From positions 163,200,107 to 163,264,106 of the forward strand of contig NC_085844.1 of assembly GCF_035594765.1 (NCBI RefSeq): DNA of 64,000 bases, written 5' to 3'. Below, piece after piece: positions 9,781 to 22,281 of this stretch; position 1 is the first letter of the stretch; every line of letters starts with the position of its first letter. The stretch is from Anolis carolinensis (Eukaryota). The translations under genes and the position numbers were made by a program. The notes beneath the pieces were generated by a model. The model did no database searches, had not been told where the DNA came from, and worked only from the letters and a program-made list of their open reading frames with translations.

Positions 9781-12700
9781 GTATGTTAAAAAAGCAACTG
9801 ACTAACAAATAATAGTAATAATACTGTATTTAGTTGGGTTTTTGCAGCAGAATGATAAATAGCCTCTGTATTGTGGCTTTGGTGGTAGCTGACAAAGGGC
9901 AATGAACTATATCTCTGAATACCCTCTTCTGTTAGTTTCGGTACAATGTGATATCTGTACTAGTATCTAGAGAGCAAGCAAGAAGATAATGAACACAACG
10001 TGTCCCTGGGCAGCATACCTGAATTCTTCTAATGTGGATCCCAAGAAACAGTGTAAAAGTACGAGGTGAGATGTTTCTAAAACACTTGTGGTTTTTCTGT
10101 AATGTTTTGCTTAGCTCAGTTTAATTTTGACAGGTGGAAATTCGTTTTTAGCAACAATGTGGAGAGAAAAAAGCATAGTTCTTGAAGAAAAAGATTGCTT
10201 ACAGTGCCGTTGTAAATATATCTACCTAGAAGTATAATCAGTTTGGGACCTCAGTACCTTAAGGAATGCTTCTTCGCACATATATTTATTCAGGCATTTC
10301 TTGCTTCGTCTGCAAGGGATCTCAGGAGAGTGTACATGAAATTATAAAAACACATGCAGTATAATGGCAACAATAATGTTACAAGATGAGGCATAAAATT
10401 ATTCAAGCAGCAAAATATAAGCAATCTAAAAATTAAGAATGTGACTTAACATTCTGACAGTTAACGCTTTAGAATATAAAAATATCTCTGGGCTGTTTTC
10501 ATTTGGTGCCAAAAAGAGGGCAGAGCCAGTGTCCGTTTGAAAACTATTCCAAAGTCAGGGCACTGTCTCAAGGAAGGTCCTTTCTATCTACCTGTGTCCA
10601 AAAAACGAAAAACAGGGGCCTTCTCTGAACACCCATTAAATCTAAAGTCTGGAAGGTGACCACAAGGGATGGGCATCTTTTGATCGTACCTCTTTTTTTT
10701 TTTGGGGGGGGGGGGAATTTAACACTGAAGTTGCATTAGAAGGTGCACTGTAGTAGACTAGCACAAAATAAGGAGAGGATATGCCTGATTTCTTTGTATT
10801 AAGTTGTACAGCATCAAGTTGCCCTTTTGAGAAATAAATTAGTGTTGGGGGAAAACATAATACAGGGAGCCCCACCTATGGGGTGATAGGGACACAAAAC
10901 ACCCACAAAAGTGCAACCCTTCCCCCACTCTTTTCTTTTTATTGGACAGAACAACTCTCTAAGAATCCCCATATAACTCTGTTGTGAGCGTCCACCAGAA
11001 ATTTACTGTAGAATAATACTTTAAGATCTGGAGATTCCTAGAGAGAACATACTAATCGAGTCCACAAATAATCAAGTTTGCAAAAGCTGAAGCTGCAAAT
11101 TTGGAGGACCAACTGTATTTTTCCTTTCAGGAAACATATTATGACTCTTGCTAGAAATATTTCCATGCACATGTGACTTTTGGTATCTTTAAATTTTATG
11201 GACTTCAGTGGAGATACGGACACACAAGTGCAGCCATACATTTATCTATTGATAGCCTGAGAGAATAGTCTGGGTGTCCATACTCTGCTACTAATGAAGA
11301 ACAATGGGAGAAGGACATGTAGTAGGCTCTGACTCAAGGAAGTTTGTGATAGATTTTTTTTTATTTTAAAAAAAATTATAAAGAGCCCAGGATTCCTCAC
11401 TGTTCTTGTTTATCATCCTGCTGTGGACCTCTAGGGAAATATCCATGCATAGAAAAGAGTGCTGTCAATCTTCTGAATATTCTGATTATGGAACCACATC
11501 ATCTTCATTCATACACTGAGATGAGGTATGCATACTCAGTTCTGGAAGAAATTTCCCTTTTGAATCACACTGATAGTGCTCATATAGGTAGGAGGAATGC
11601 CAGTGAGTATTTACCGCCACATATCTTGAGATGTAGTGTCTGTATATCTACATAACAGCTTGCCTATAAAGATGTATAGATACGTACATAGGATCTAGGT
11701 GAGGAAACCCATTAGAACATACGTTTCTCAGTGTGTTGCTAGCTTCCTACTGTTTGTAATTTGTAGCTTCATTACAAAGTTTTATCAGATGCTTGCTGTA
11801 AATTATTTCTGGAATAGAAACACTCACAGATCCCTGCTTTATAAACAATTGAATTGAATTCTTTAGATAAGTAATAAGAGTTCTTTTGGACCAGATCAAG
11901 ACTCCATAAAGCGTGCTGTGATGTTTCTAGTAATGCCATAAAGCTAGTCTGTGAGCAATTGAAATTGTGAGGCAAACATTTTTAAAAGGCCTTTAAAATA
12001 TTTCTAGTTTTTAAATTAGTAATTAGCTCTTAAAAATAAATTGTAGTAATTCAGAATCTGTAATTTAAGTATTTTTATGTTAGAATCAGAAATTATTAAT
12101 TTTACAGAAGCTGCTTCTAATAAGAGACTTGAAGTTCTAGCACAAAGTTCATTGTTTAAGTGTGACTTTCTTGAGGCAGATTTAATATCCTATAATGTAT
12201 GTATGATAATACCCACTGAAAATGTCAGTGTTTTACATATTATATTTCAGATATGCTGCTAAGTTCTTAATAATGTGACTCAAGAAAATGACTTTTGTAA
12301 TACACTTCCTTATGTTTGCTACAAAATCTATCCCATTTTCAGTTTTTGTTTCCTTACAAAAATTGTGACACTTTGCCAATATAGCATTAGAAGTTTTCAT
12401 CTCTCTCTGTCTCTTTCATGTTGGATTCATGTTGTTTTTATAAAGGTAAAAATTTATAATGTTATTGTTTTTTGCCAGCAAGTTGAAAATAACTGAAGGA
12501 TGATAATTTACCCTGAAACAAGAAAGAACAGTGATGCTGGTTTAAGTTCCTATTTAGAAGAAAATTATTTCAGTAATAACAACAGTTCAGTATGGAGGAG
12601 AGAGAAGAAACTGAAATCCAATTTGGTGTATTTTCCCCCATTTGTATTTGGTCATTCTGATGCAGAGGACTTTCCCATTCAATTTAATGGACAAAGTAAT

Positions 12701-12951
12701 TGCTTCTATTGAAATGAATGGGGAAATTTATATGCATAGCATGTAATATTCAGCAATGCCTATAAAAATCTAAGACTACATTAGAGAATAGATATTTTGA
12801 TATAAACATACTATTTCCAGTTATTTGGAAGCAGCATTTTCAGTATGGGCAATGTTACGAGGGAGAAAGATGGGAGAGTTAAACAATCACAGAAGAGGCA
12901 TAAATATTAATGTGAAAAGCATGAATATTAATGTGAAAGAATTGGAACTAA

Positions 12952-13197
12952 GGGAGCCAGCAGGGTGCAATGGTTTGAATGTTGAACCTTTGGGAACCAA
13001 GGGATCAAATTCCTGCTCAATTATGGAAACCTAAAAGGTGATCTTTAACAAGGCACACTCTTTCCAATTTAGAACAATGAAATGGAAAACTTCCTCTGAA
13101 TATTTGTTACTGGATGTCCCAGTGTCCCATTGTTGCCAAAAAAAAATCTAGAATAAGATTGTCATAAGTCCATCATTTTGAAGGAACATATCAACAG
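12952..13197 (+). mobile_element. Old tRNA-derived SINE with an RTE/Bov-B-like 3' end
   Basis: GGAGCCAG head with degenerate A/B boxes and a GTCATAAGTC...TTGAAGG tail. Similar degenerate copies at about 30262-30460 (+), 35590-35840 (-), 43130-43270 (-) and 47520-47720 (-). Confidence 0.55.
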
Positions 13198-14994
13198 TAA
13201 GAAGTACTTGATTATAAAGCTTTGTATGAGTTGGGAGATAGTTTCTGAAGTAACGAAATCTTCTGAACCAATTAACTTATGTTTTGAGGTCATTTGCAGC
13301 AGTTGTTTCTTGAATACTCAAACCATGGGTTAACCTGAGAGGAGGCCAGGATCTAGGTGGTAACACTTATTCTTTATTTCTGTCCTTTAGGAGTGTTGCT
13401 TGACATCTTTGAGATCCTCTAAATGTCATTCAGAGTGATTATTAATTTCACAGTCTTTTAAATTGTTTTCAGTATCTCGGGTCTTGTATTTTAAAACTAA
13501 GTATATTATTATTTGACTTTGTTTGGTTATATTAGCATTATAGGGCACTATGTTCTCCAAATAATGCAGGGAGGTATTGTGTGGTTCAACAACACTTTTA
13601 TTCTGCCATGATTATGAGGCTTACGATATTCACTGAAACATGGCCAAGAATTTCTCTGTTCAGGTGATTGCAAAAGAATAGGTTATGCCTATGTGCAAAA
13701 TTACTGGATCATATTGAAGTAAAACATGTCAGGAATCTTAATAAATAGTTTGGGTATCTAAAAAAAGTCATTCTGGTTACAACGTTAGTTTAAAACTATG
13801 AGCTTTTCAGGCCTAGATCTGCTGTTGATTTTTCTGCTTGTGCCTAAGTTTGCTTTTAAAACCACATGTTAATGCTTTGGTTTGAAGTTCTTAGAGATAA
13901 GAGAACAAATGCCTTGTTCTTTCACAGAGGTGTTTTTAAATGTGTTTGAAAAAGCTTTAGATCAAATGCATAGCAGAAGTGCTTGGTATTAAAATTGCTC
14001 TATGAGACACATCATCTATTCACCTTGAGATGCTGTTCATTAATTCTACATAAAAGCAAGCTGACTTGGGCAAATATAGGGGCATAGTTTTATGTGAGTG
14101 GGTGGAAGAAGTCACCACACAGCGCAACCAGTGATGTTGCAGTATCTAAAAGGGCCAGACGTAAATTGCTAATATATTTGTAGCTCATTGGTTAACAGAG
14201 TTGGAGTTGGAGTAAAGTTGTCTGTTATGTAATTGTGAAAGGGCTGCTCTTCTCATAATAATTATTTTGAAGCAGCTTGTTGATGAGATTCTCAAATCAC
14301 AAATAGTTTCCTTATTACACTTTTTTCAAGTACAGGTTAAATAATTTCAAATAACTGCTGTTCAAAGTGACCGACACATGTGGCATTTGTGTTGGGTAAT
14401 TTTAAGGACTTCATTCTAAGCACATTTCCCCTAAGGAGCATCATGTAAATCCACCTTTTGAATGAAGAATTACTTCAATGACAAAAATAGAATTTATTTC
14501 ATCTTGTTTACATTTGGAGCATGTTAAACTGCCTTAAACTGAATAAAAGCATTGATCTGTCGCCCCACATTGGCTGTTTCCGTTACCATACCAGACTTTT
14601 CTCCCACTACAATATCAGCATTCTAAAAATGCCTTTCAGTCAGAATTGTTCTCCTTCCTTTTGTACCTCTGGAACCATTCAAGGATTACAGCATTCATTT
14701 GTACTAAAATCTTATCACACATAACATTTGGAGACTGCCCAAACAGTATCACCCAGTGCCTACTCCAATATATTATTTCTGCCTCCCTTTCCTTCACTAA
14801 TGCTTTCTTCTGCCTCCTTCTCCCACACACATAAGATTCCCCACAGAAATATAAATGAAAACAGTCTTATAATTAGAAAGGTCCTTCCCCTGGGGCTGGG
14901 GAGGGGTAGACCAACTAGTACAAATTGATGTCCGGTGAAATCAGCAGCTGTTGATTGATCTGTCTGATTTATCCAATGCTTTTTTTTAAAAAAT

Positions 14995-14996
<2 letters not shown>

Positions 14997-15028
<32 letters not shown>

Positions 15029-15260
15029 TATTATTGTTGTTGTTGTTGTTATTTATACCCCACTTTTTCTCTCCACAAAGGAGATTTAAACCAGTTTACA
15101 TTAAAAGCATTTCAATACATTTTAAAATCCAAAAATATACAAACAAAATAGAATTAAACATCAATGGTATTAATTAAAAATTAACAGTTAAAATCCTTAG
15201 AACTGATTGAAAATGTATTCAAAGCTAGAACTACAGCAGCCCCTTGACTTGATCTTAAAA
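14997..15260 (-). mobile_element. L2-type LINE 3' end with expanded (TTA)n/(TTG)n microsatellite tail
   Basis: Microsatellite at 14997-15050 followed by TTTATACCCCAC..., resembling the antisense L2 ends at 31146 and 59441. Confidence 0.55.
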
Positions 15261-15859
15261 CCCTTCTTTAAGAAGAAGACCCTTTTCCCTTCAAGTGTGA
15301 ATGTGTGAGACAGACAGACAGTATCCAGAACATATCTGGAAAAGAAGGCAGGAAAGCAGTGAATAAAGTTTCGGCAGACTCTCAGCCTCAGGTTAGGTGA
15401 GCAAATACCTTGAACTTATCTTGTTGATAAAGAGGATCATCTATCTTTATATACACATCTTGATAGTCTTGATAGCTGTCTGGCTTGGCAGGCAGATAGA
15501 GGGGGTTGTTCAACGTTTCTGCTCTCAGGTAATTGTCTAAACGGTCACAAAGAGGTGGTTGTCTTTAGGTTACATTCTCATACATATCTAAGAAACATTT
15601 ATACATTTCATATATTTCATATAAGAAATTCATACAGTAAAGACACAAATCATACAGAAATCATTAAATAGATGCAATTTATTTAAAAGGTTAGAAACAA
15701 TATAGTTCATGGAGTACAACTGCTGCTAGATCTGTTCCCAATCTTCTAAAGCTTAAATTTTTACAACTTTGGACCTCCAGAAAAGGTTTTTAATAAAAAA
15801 TAAAAATATATTTAATGGTTGTCTCTTGGTGAACTATAAATCCTTTGGAGAGAGGGGTG

Positions 15860-16715
15860 TGTGATGACTCATGGGCCTTGTAGTCCTGTTCCTAGTACTA
15901 TTGTGGCAGACGAAGAGGAAAACATGGGATTTTTGCCGGTTCAGCCAGAGCCGGAGCCTCTCCACCTGGAGGATGTTTGCCCTCAAGAATTCAGCCAAAC
16001 AAGCCTTGGGCAGAACTCCCCCCCGTTTTCCCGGAGGGACAATTATACTAGAGATAGAGGAGTCAGAGAAGCTAATCGCCGAAGCCTGAGAATCGCTGCC
16101 AAACAACTGGATGATTAGGTCTGCTTCCCTTGGGAAATTCTAAGGAGTCATGCATCTGGACAGAGTTGGGTTTCGCTTCTCGTTCTCTAGGGAAAGAGCT
16201 CTGTTGGCGGGAAAACGAGACCCAATATAGGTGTTTGTTGCAAGGGAAACTTTGCAATTGATCAGCTTGAGGAGAGAGATCGTGTGTGGACTTCGTAATC
16301 CCTGTTCCCTGCTTCCCGGATCAAGTTTCAAGTCTTGCCTCGTCTCACGGTTTGCCACGGACTATTGTTTCATGCTTCAAGTTTGCCTCGTTTTTAAGTC
16401 TTGGGTCAAGTCAAGAATCAAGTTTATTTCCAGCCTGGTTGTCAAGCTTCATTGGACTATAAAGACCTTGTTATTTCCCCACACTATTGCTTGGCAAAGT
16501 GTGTGTTTCGGTCAAGTGGATTATAACTTTGAACTCTAATATCTTATATTGGACAATACATTTCTGGACTATATTTGACCTTATCTTAAAGGTCTACTTC
16601 TGAACTTTATTCTTCACTTGTTTTTATTGATTTTATATATTTCCTTAATAAAGATATTAGATAGATTCTGGCCTCTGTGCAAGGTTATTGGTGCTCTGCA
16701 GCCTGGGTCCTGACA
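15860..16715 (+). mobile_element. Solo LTR (856 bp) of a sister subfamily of the chromovirus at 1-2731
   Basis: TGTGATGA...CCTGACA ends, near-identical termini and 3' region to the LTR at 1760-2731, AATAAA at 16647-16652, flanks GGGTG / GGGGG (5-bp TSD with one mismatch), no internal domain adjacent. Confidence 0.92.
15861..16118 (+). CDS. LTR-encoded 85-aa frame homologous to the integrase C-terminal tail at 1761-2054; expression from a solo LTR is unproven
   Basis: HGPCSP, DEEENMGFLP, LHL, SPPFSRR and RRSLRIAAK align with HGPCSP, DEDENLGFLP, LHL, SPVFLRR and RRSARIAAK. The length difference is an in-frame 36 nt and the stop sits at the same position. Confidence 0.6.
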   Translation: MMTHGPCSPVPSTIVADEEENMGFLPVQPEPEPLHLEDVCPQEFSQTSLGQNSPPFSRRDNYTRDRGVREANRRSLRIAAKQLDD

Positions 16716-18155
16716 GGGGGTTACCGTGGCTCTATAACATAAGCACTGAGAAAATACAGTTTTTAGCATATATTTCAAGAAAGTCAAGAAAACGTTATGG
16801 TTCATTGTAGGCATCGTACCCAACCATGCTTAAAAAAACTTAACTATGATGTCAGAACTGAAAAATTGTGTTTGGCAGCAGGCTGGCAAATGTGAATAAG
16901 AAATTATAGCCTGGCTGTGCTGCTCCCTCATCATCAGTTGTCTCTATACTGAGTTTTTCTAAGATGTCTTAGTATATAAAGGGTTTAGGGAATAGCTAGA
17001 ACTACCTTGATGTTTTTTAAACATCTTGCATTAATGACAGTTAATTAATTAATGGCAAGGAGATGTAGTGTTTTACCCTTTTCAGCCCTAGATAAAGTGT
17101 GTTGGCCTACAGCATCAGAGAACTAGATAGGAAAAGTGTACAGAAACATCTCCCCAATGAGAAAAGATGCAAGATGTAATACATTATATATTTGTGTTTT
17201 AATTAACAATTTGAAATCTTTACATGTTTAATGAACAAGCAATGTTGAAGAAAGATTATGTGATAATGGTCAGAATGAGATAGGTACACCATGAGCACAT
17301 AGCTCACACTTTGCTAATTTATCTTGTAAATTGCCTTTACTCTGATAATTCACCTGAATGAGGTGTATCTTTTGCTCTTAAGACATTTACAGTTGTTTAA
17401 AAGTGAACAGTAATTTGTCTACTGTGTTTAAATGATTAATTGAATAAAAACATCCAGCTATCGAGGTGCTCCATGCCCATTAGACAGCAGTTATTTTAAC
17501 AAAAAAAACTTATTTTTAAAGGCAAGATCTATATATCCCAACACATCAAAATCTTCTGAGAAGAATGGTTAGGAGATTTGGTGAGCATGCAAACATCTGT
17601 TTGTCCATCAAGGAAACTGGAAGTGGGCTGTGTGACTCTTTATTGTTTGATTTCTGTGCAATTTTTAATATTTTGGGCCAGCTGTCCCACAAATGGTCTT
17701 TCAGGCCAAAAATAGCTTTGTGGACTTTCTGGGCTGTGCCATCCATTGGTTACAGTGGCTGGCACAAGTTTTCTCGGATTTCAGGCAATTATCTTTCCAT
17801 GCTTTTCAAGGTGCCAAGGACATGTTTTTGCAGGCAAAACACTTTTTTTTTTTGCAAATGAGCTACCACACGTCTCCCTAAGTCCAGGGGGACCTGAAGT
17901 ATAACAATGCTGCCAACATTGCCATTTTCAAAAAAGAATACACAAGTTGGTAGGCAAAATTGTTCTTTCAGCCTTGTACCTAAATGTAAGAAAGCAAGCA
18001 AAAGAATGTAAACAAAAAGACAACACAACTATAGCCTATGTGCAAAATCAAAAATCAAGATTTCATATTACTTTGTTTATATATTTATATTTTATTGATG
18101 CATCCATTCAATTAACAAACTTTTGCCGTACAAGTCTTGTCTCAATATACATTAT

Positions 18156-18297
18156 TTTTTCTTCGTGTACTCTGTGAATGCACACTAATGGAGAGGCTGC
18201 GCCTGCGCAGGCTCCAACGGATACTCTTCCAAGCTAAAGTTTGAAATTTGGCGGTAACCCCGCCTCACTCCCCAGTTCCTTTTTTTCCGCCGCAAAG
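18156..18297 (+). repeat. DIRS left inverted terminal repeat
   Basis: Reverse complement of about 23838-24010, apart from a 37-nt gap and small differences. Confidence 0.9.
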
Positions 18298-18320
18298 CTC
18301 ACTTCGGACTCTTCGTTCCT

Positions 18321-20351
18321 ATGTCGACTACGCGTTTCAAGAGGTGCACTCAATGTGCCGCTAAGATTCCAGACTCCGACGGCCATGCTAAGTGCCTTTT
18401 CTGCTTCGGTGAAAGTCACGTCGTCGGTACCTGCCGTTTTTGCCTAGCCTTTACAGCTCAGGCCCGGAGAAATAGGGCTGCGAGACTCCGAGCAGCTCTC
18501 TACGAGAAGACCCTTGCTCCCGAAGCTTCTACTTCCACTTCGGCCTCGATGGCATCCAGGCCTACTCCGTCGGTATCATCCAAGGCCTCGAAAACTTCGA
18601 GAGCTAAATTGACCAAACCGCCCTGCATGGTGACTACAGCCACTGTTTCGACCCGGTCGGGCAAGATGGGCCATTCATCGACCTCGAGTTCGGTGACTTC
18701 GGCCATTTCCACTCGATCCCGCCTGGCTTCGCCGCCATCTTCTTCCGCCATGAAGATTGCCTTTAAGAGGGCCCAGGAGGAATCCAGATGAGCCCAGTCT
18801 GACTCGGCAGCTGTGTGCCCGATTCCACCGACGCCGGGTAAATCGCTAAGGGTCGCGTCAAAGCAACCTCAAGCAAAGAAGCGAATGATTCAGAGGTCGT
18901 CCTCCTCAGCTTCTTCTAAGAAGGACGTCCCCTCCTCCGTGGCCTCCTCCAGGAGATCCTCCCCTATCCAACCGGCACAACGCCTCCGCTCTTCTTCTTC
19001 TCCTCATGGTCAGTCCTCGGATGCGGACGCTCAACTCTCTCCCGACCAGTCGGTCAGGACAGTCATTAAAGTTCCTCAGCCAGCCCCATCGCGCCCTCAG
19101 GCTTGACAAGAACTTTTCCCTCCGTCTCAAACACCGGAGAGGGGCAGACAGATGACGCGCCTAGCTCGTGCCGCCCAGGCCTCTGCCTCCAAGGGCGTTC
19201 GTCCACAGCCTGCTGCTGCTGCTCTTGAGGTGATACCTCAACAGGACTCTGCGCTTGTTTCTCCTCCCCGGTCCCCTCAAGGGCCCGAGGAGGATGACCC
19301 CGATATCGAACACCCCGAGTCGATCCTCGACCTCTCCCCGCCTCACGATGCCTACGAGGTCGACCCGCCCTCCCCGACGGATAATATCCGGGCTTTCTCC
19401 GACCATATGGTCAGAATGGCAGACGCTCTGTGGATGGAAATTAAACAAACCTCAAAAGCTGTTACCGACCCTTTTTTCAAGAGGGTCCAGGCTCAAGCCC
19501 CACCAGCCACCTTGCTGCCTTTTCTTCCATTCCTCCTGGACGTAATCCAGGCATCTTGGAAGACTCCATCTTCGATACCTCCAACCTCTAAGAAAATAGA
19601 GGCCTGGTACCGAACCGATGATGAAGCCTTGGAATGGCTCAAACATCACCCTGATCCAAACTCCATGGTGGTAAAGGCCTCCCAATTGTCAGGTCGACAG
19701 TCCAACTCCCCTGCCGACAGGGAAGGTAAAAGATTCGATGCTGTAGGCTGCAAGCTGTACTCCAGCGCTCTCCTCCTTTGCCGTATGGCGAACTACGGAG
19801 CCTGTATGGGCGCTTATCAACAGATCCTCTGGGAAAAAGCCCAACCTTTCTTCGCCAAACTTTCTGACGAAGACCGGTCAGTTCTCTCAACCCTCCAACA
19901 GGAGGCGGACTCCCTTGCACACCACCAAATCCAAATGGCGAAACACACCGGCAATACCGCCAGAAAGATGATTGCCCACGCAATTGCGATCAGACGACAT
20001 GCATGGCTTCGGTCCTCAGGACTCTCTTCTTCCTCTCGACAAGTGATCGAAGACCTTCCCTTCGACACTCAGGGTCTTTTCAACTCAAGCACTAATGACA
20101 AACTGAAGTCCAACCATGACTTCAAGATCCTCGCATCAAAATGCGGGACCGATCAGCCCCAGGCTCAACGGACCCGATGGTTCCCTCAACGATACCGTCA
20201 CTTCCCTCAGCCTTTTCGTCACCAACCGTTTCGATGTTCGTCGAGCTCGAGTCACCACAGTCACCAACAACAAACTCGCCGCCAGCACCAGGTCCCGAAA
20301 GGTCGAGGCAAAGGTGCTACAGCTATGCCACAACCCCAACGTCGGGCCTGA
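18321..20351 (+). pseudogene. DIRS ORF1 (gag-like): N-terminal Cys/His zinc finger, long S/P-rich linker, probable LAP2alpha-like C-terminal domain
   Basis: The track ORFs at 18321, 18813 and 19152 share one frame, broken only by two TGA codons (18789, 19104) compatible with CGA>TGA decay. N-terminus CTQC..H..CLFC...H....CRFC; C-terminal RRHAWL...IEDLPFD..GLF typical of vertebrate DIRS gag. Confidence 0.85.
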
Positions 20352-22281
20352 CACCCACTCTCTCGGGGACACTTCTACCTACACTACTATTGCCACTACC
20401 ATGCCTTTCTTCAGCTCCGACCAAAACTCTCCTCTCTGCTCTTTCCGCGATCGTCTAGCTCCTTTCTACCACGAATGGGAGTCTATCACCTCAGATGCCT
20501 GGGTTCTCCGCATTGTCAGGGACAGCTACGCCTTGGAATTCGAAACTTTGCCCCCCACGGGTCACATCCTTCACACCGACCTTTCACCGGAGATCTGCTC
20601 CGAGGTCGACTCCCTTCTGGCGAAGGGCGCAATCCAGCCTTCTCCTTCTGGGCAGGACACTCGAGGTTTCTTCTCGAAATACTTTACGGTTCCCAAGAGA
20701 GGCGGAGGTCTTCGGCCCATCCTCGACCTGCGAGCCTTAAACCTCTTCATTCTACCTTCAAAATTTCGAATGGTCTCGGTAGCCTCCATCCTCCCAGTGC
20801 TCCGACACGGAGACTACTTTGCCTCTATAGACTTACGGGACGTGTATTTTCATGTTTCGATACGCCGATCCCACAGACGCTTCCTCTCCTTCAAGCTCCT
20901 GGGACAGTCTTACCAGTTCACAGTTCTCCCTTTCGGCCTCGTGACGGCCCCAAGGGTCTTCACGAAGGTGGTCGCCGTGGTGGCAGCGAATCTAAGAAAT
21001 CGAGGCATAATGATCTTTCCTTATCTGGACGATTGGATGATTGTCGCATCCTCTTCTAACCCTCTCTCTTCTACAACGGCTGGGCCTTCAGTTGAACTTC
21101 GAAAAATCCCAACTCCTCCCGACCACAGAAATCCGCTTCATCGGAGCTCTCTTCAACTCTCTTGCGGAAACTGCTCCCTGCCGAGAGACAGGTTCCTAGC
21201 CCTTCAACAGCACCTTCTTCTCCTCCTCCACAACCGCAGGGTCAGAGCCCACTCTGTCCAAGTCCTTCTGGGTCATATGGCCTCCACGGTCATGGTCACC
21301 CCTTTCGCCAGACTGCGTCTCAGACCTCTCCAAAGATGGTTTATAGACTCCTACAAACACCATCGGCACCCGAGCTCGAGGTTTCTCATGGTACCGCACC
21401 AAGTTCGCCTCTCCCTTCGTTGGTGGCAGGACCCAGCGAACGTTTGTGTGGGACTTCCCTTCCATTCCCCGCTTCCGTCAGTCACCATCACGACTGACGC
21501 CTCCAATTTTGTGTGGGGAGCTCACATGTCGAACCTCACCGTCAGGGACCTTTGGTCCGATCAGGAAAAGTCTCACCACATAAACTTTCTAGAACTGTTA
21601 TCAATCTTCAAAGCTCTCCGAGCGTTTGCTCGCTTTCTTCCCCACAAGACTGTTCTAATCCAAACGGACAACGTAGTAGCCATGTACTACATCAACAAAC
21701 AAGGAGGTACGGGCTCGAGGAAGCTGATGGCTCTTTCAATGGACATCTGGCTATGGTGCATACCGAGACACATAACCCTCTCGGCGGTTCACCTACCGGG
21801 TGCCCAAAACACACTAGCAGACTCTCTAAGCAGAGTGACGACCTCCCCCCACGAGTGGCGTCTCGATCCCGAAGTCCTGTAATCCGTCTTCGAAGGCTGG
21901 GGTTGGCCAACTCTAGACCTCTTTGCCTCCCCCTCGAACGCTCAACTTCCTCGCCTCGGAGCGAGACTCCCTCCAAACTCGACTCCAGGCTGTCTCGGAG
22001 ACGCATTTCTCCTTGATTGGACTCTCAAACCCGTTTACCTTTTTCCTCCCTTCCCTCTAATCTCGAGGGTAATAGAGAGACTCTATCTGACGCCGACATC
22101 GGCCATCCTAATTGCCCCCGCATGGCCACGCCAGCCGTGGTTCCCTACTCTACTCCGGATGTGCGCAGAGCCTCCTTGCACTCTCCCGACTCTCCCTCAT
22201 CTCCTATCTTTGCAGAGGGGACAGGTCCTCCACCCCGACGTTCCGTCCCTACACCTAACGGCTTGGAGGATACTTCCATAA
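20116..22281 (+). pseudogene. DIRS ORF2: reverse transcriptase, RNase H and adenine methyltransferase-like domain
   Basis: RPILDLR, SIDLRDVYFH, LPFGL, YLDDW; TTDAS, HINFLEL, QTDN, ADSLSR. Past a premature TAA (21880) the same frame gives DLFAS (21916-21930), YLFPPF (22036-22053) and LTAWRILP* (22281). Two compensating frameshifts near 21058 and 21175. Confidence 0.9.

Noticed and set aside
15848-15859. Purine-rich GGAGAGAGGGGTG before the second LTR, resembling a PPT
   Set aside because: No integrase or chromodomain sequence upstream, and a near-matching 5-bp duplication flanks the LTR, so it is best read as a solo LTR in a G-rich target.
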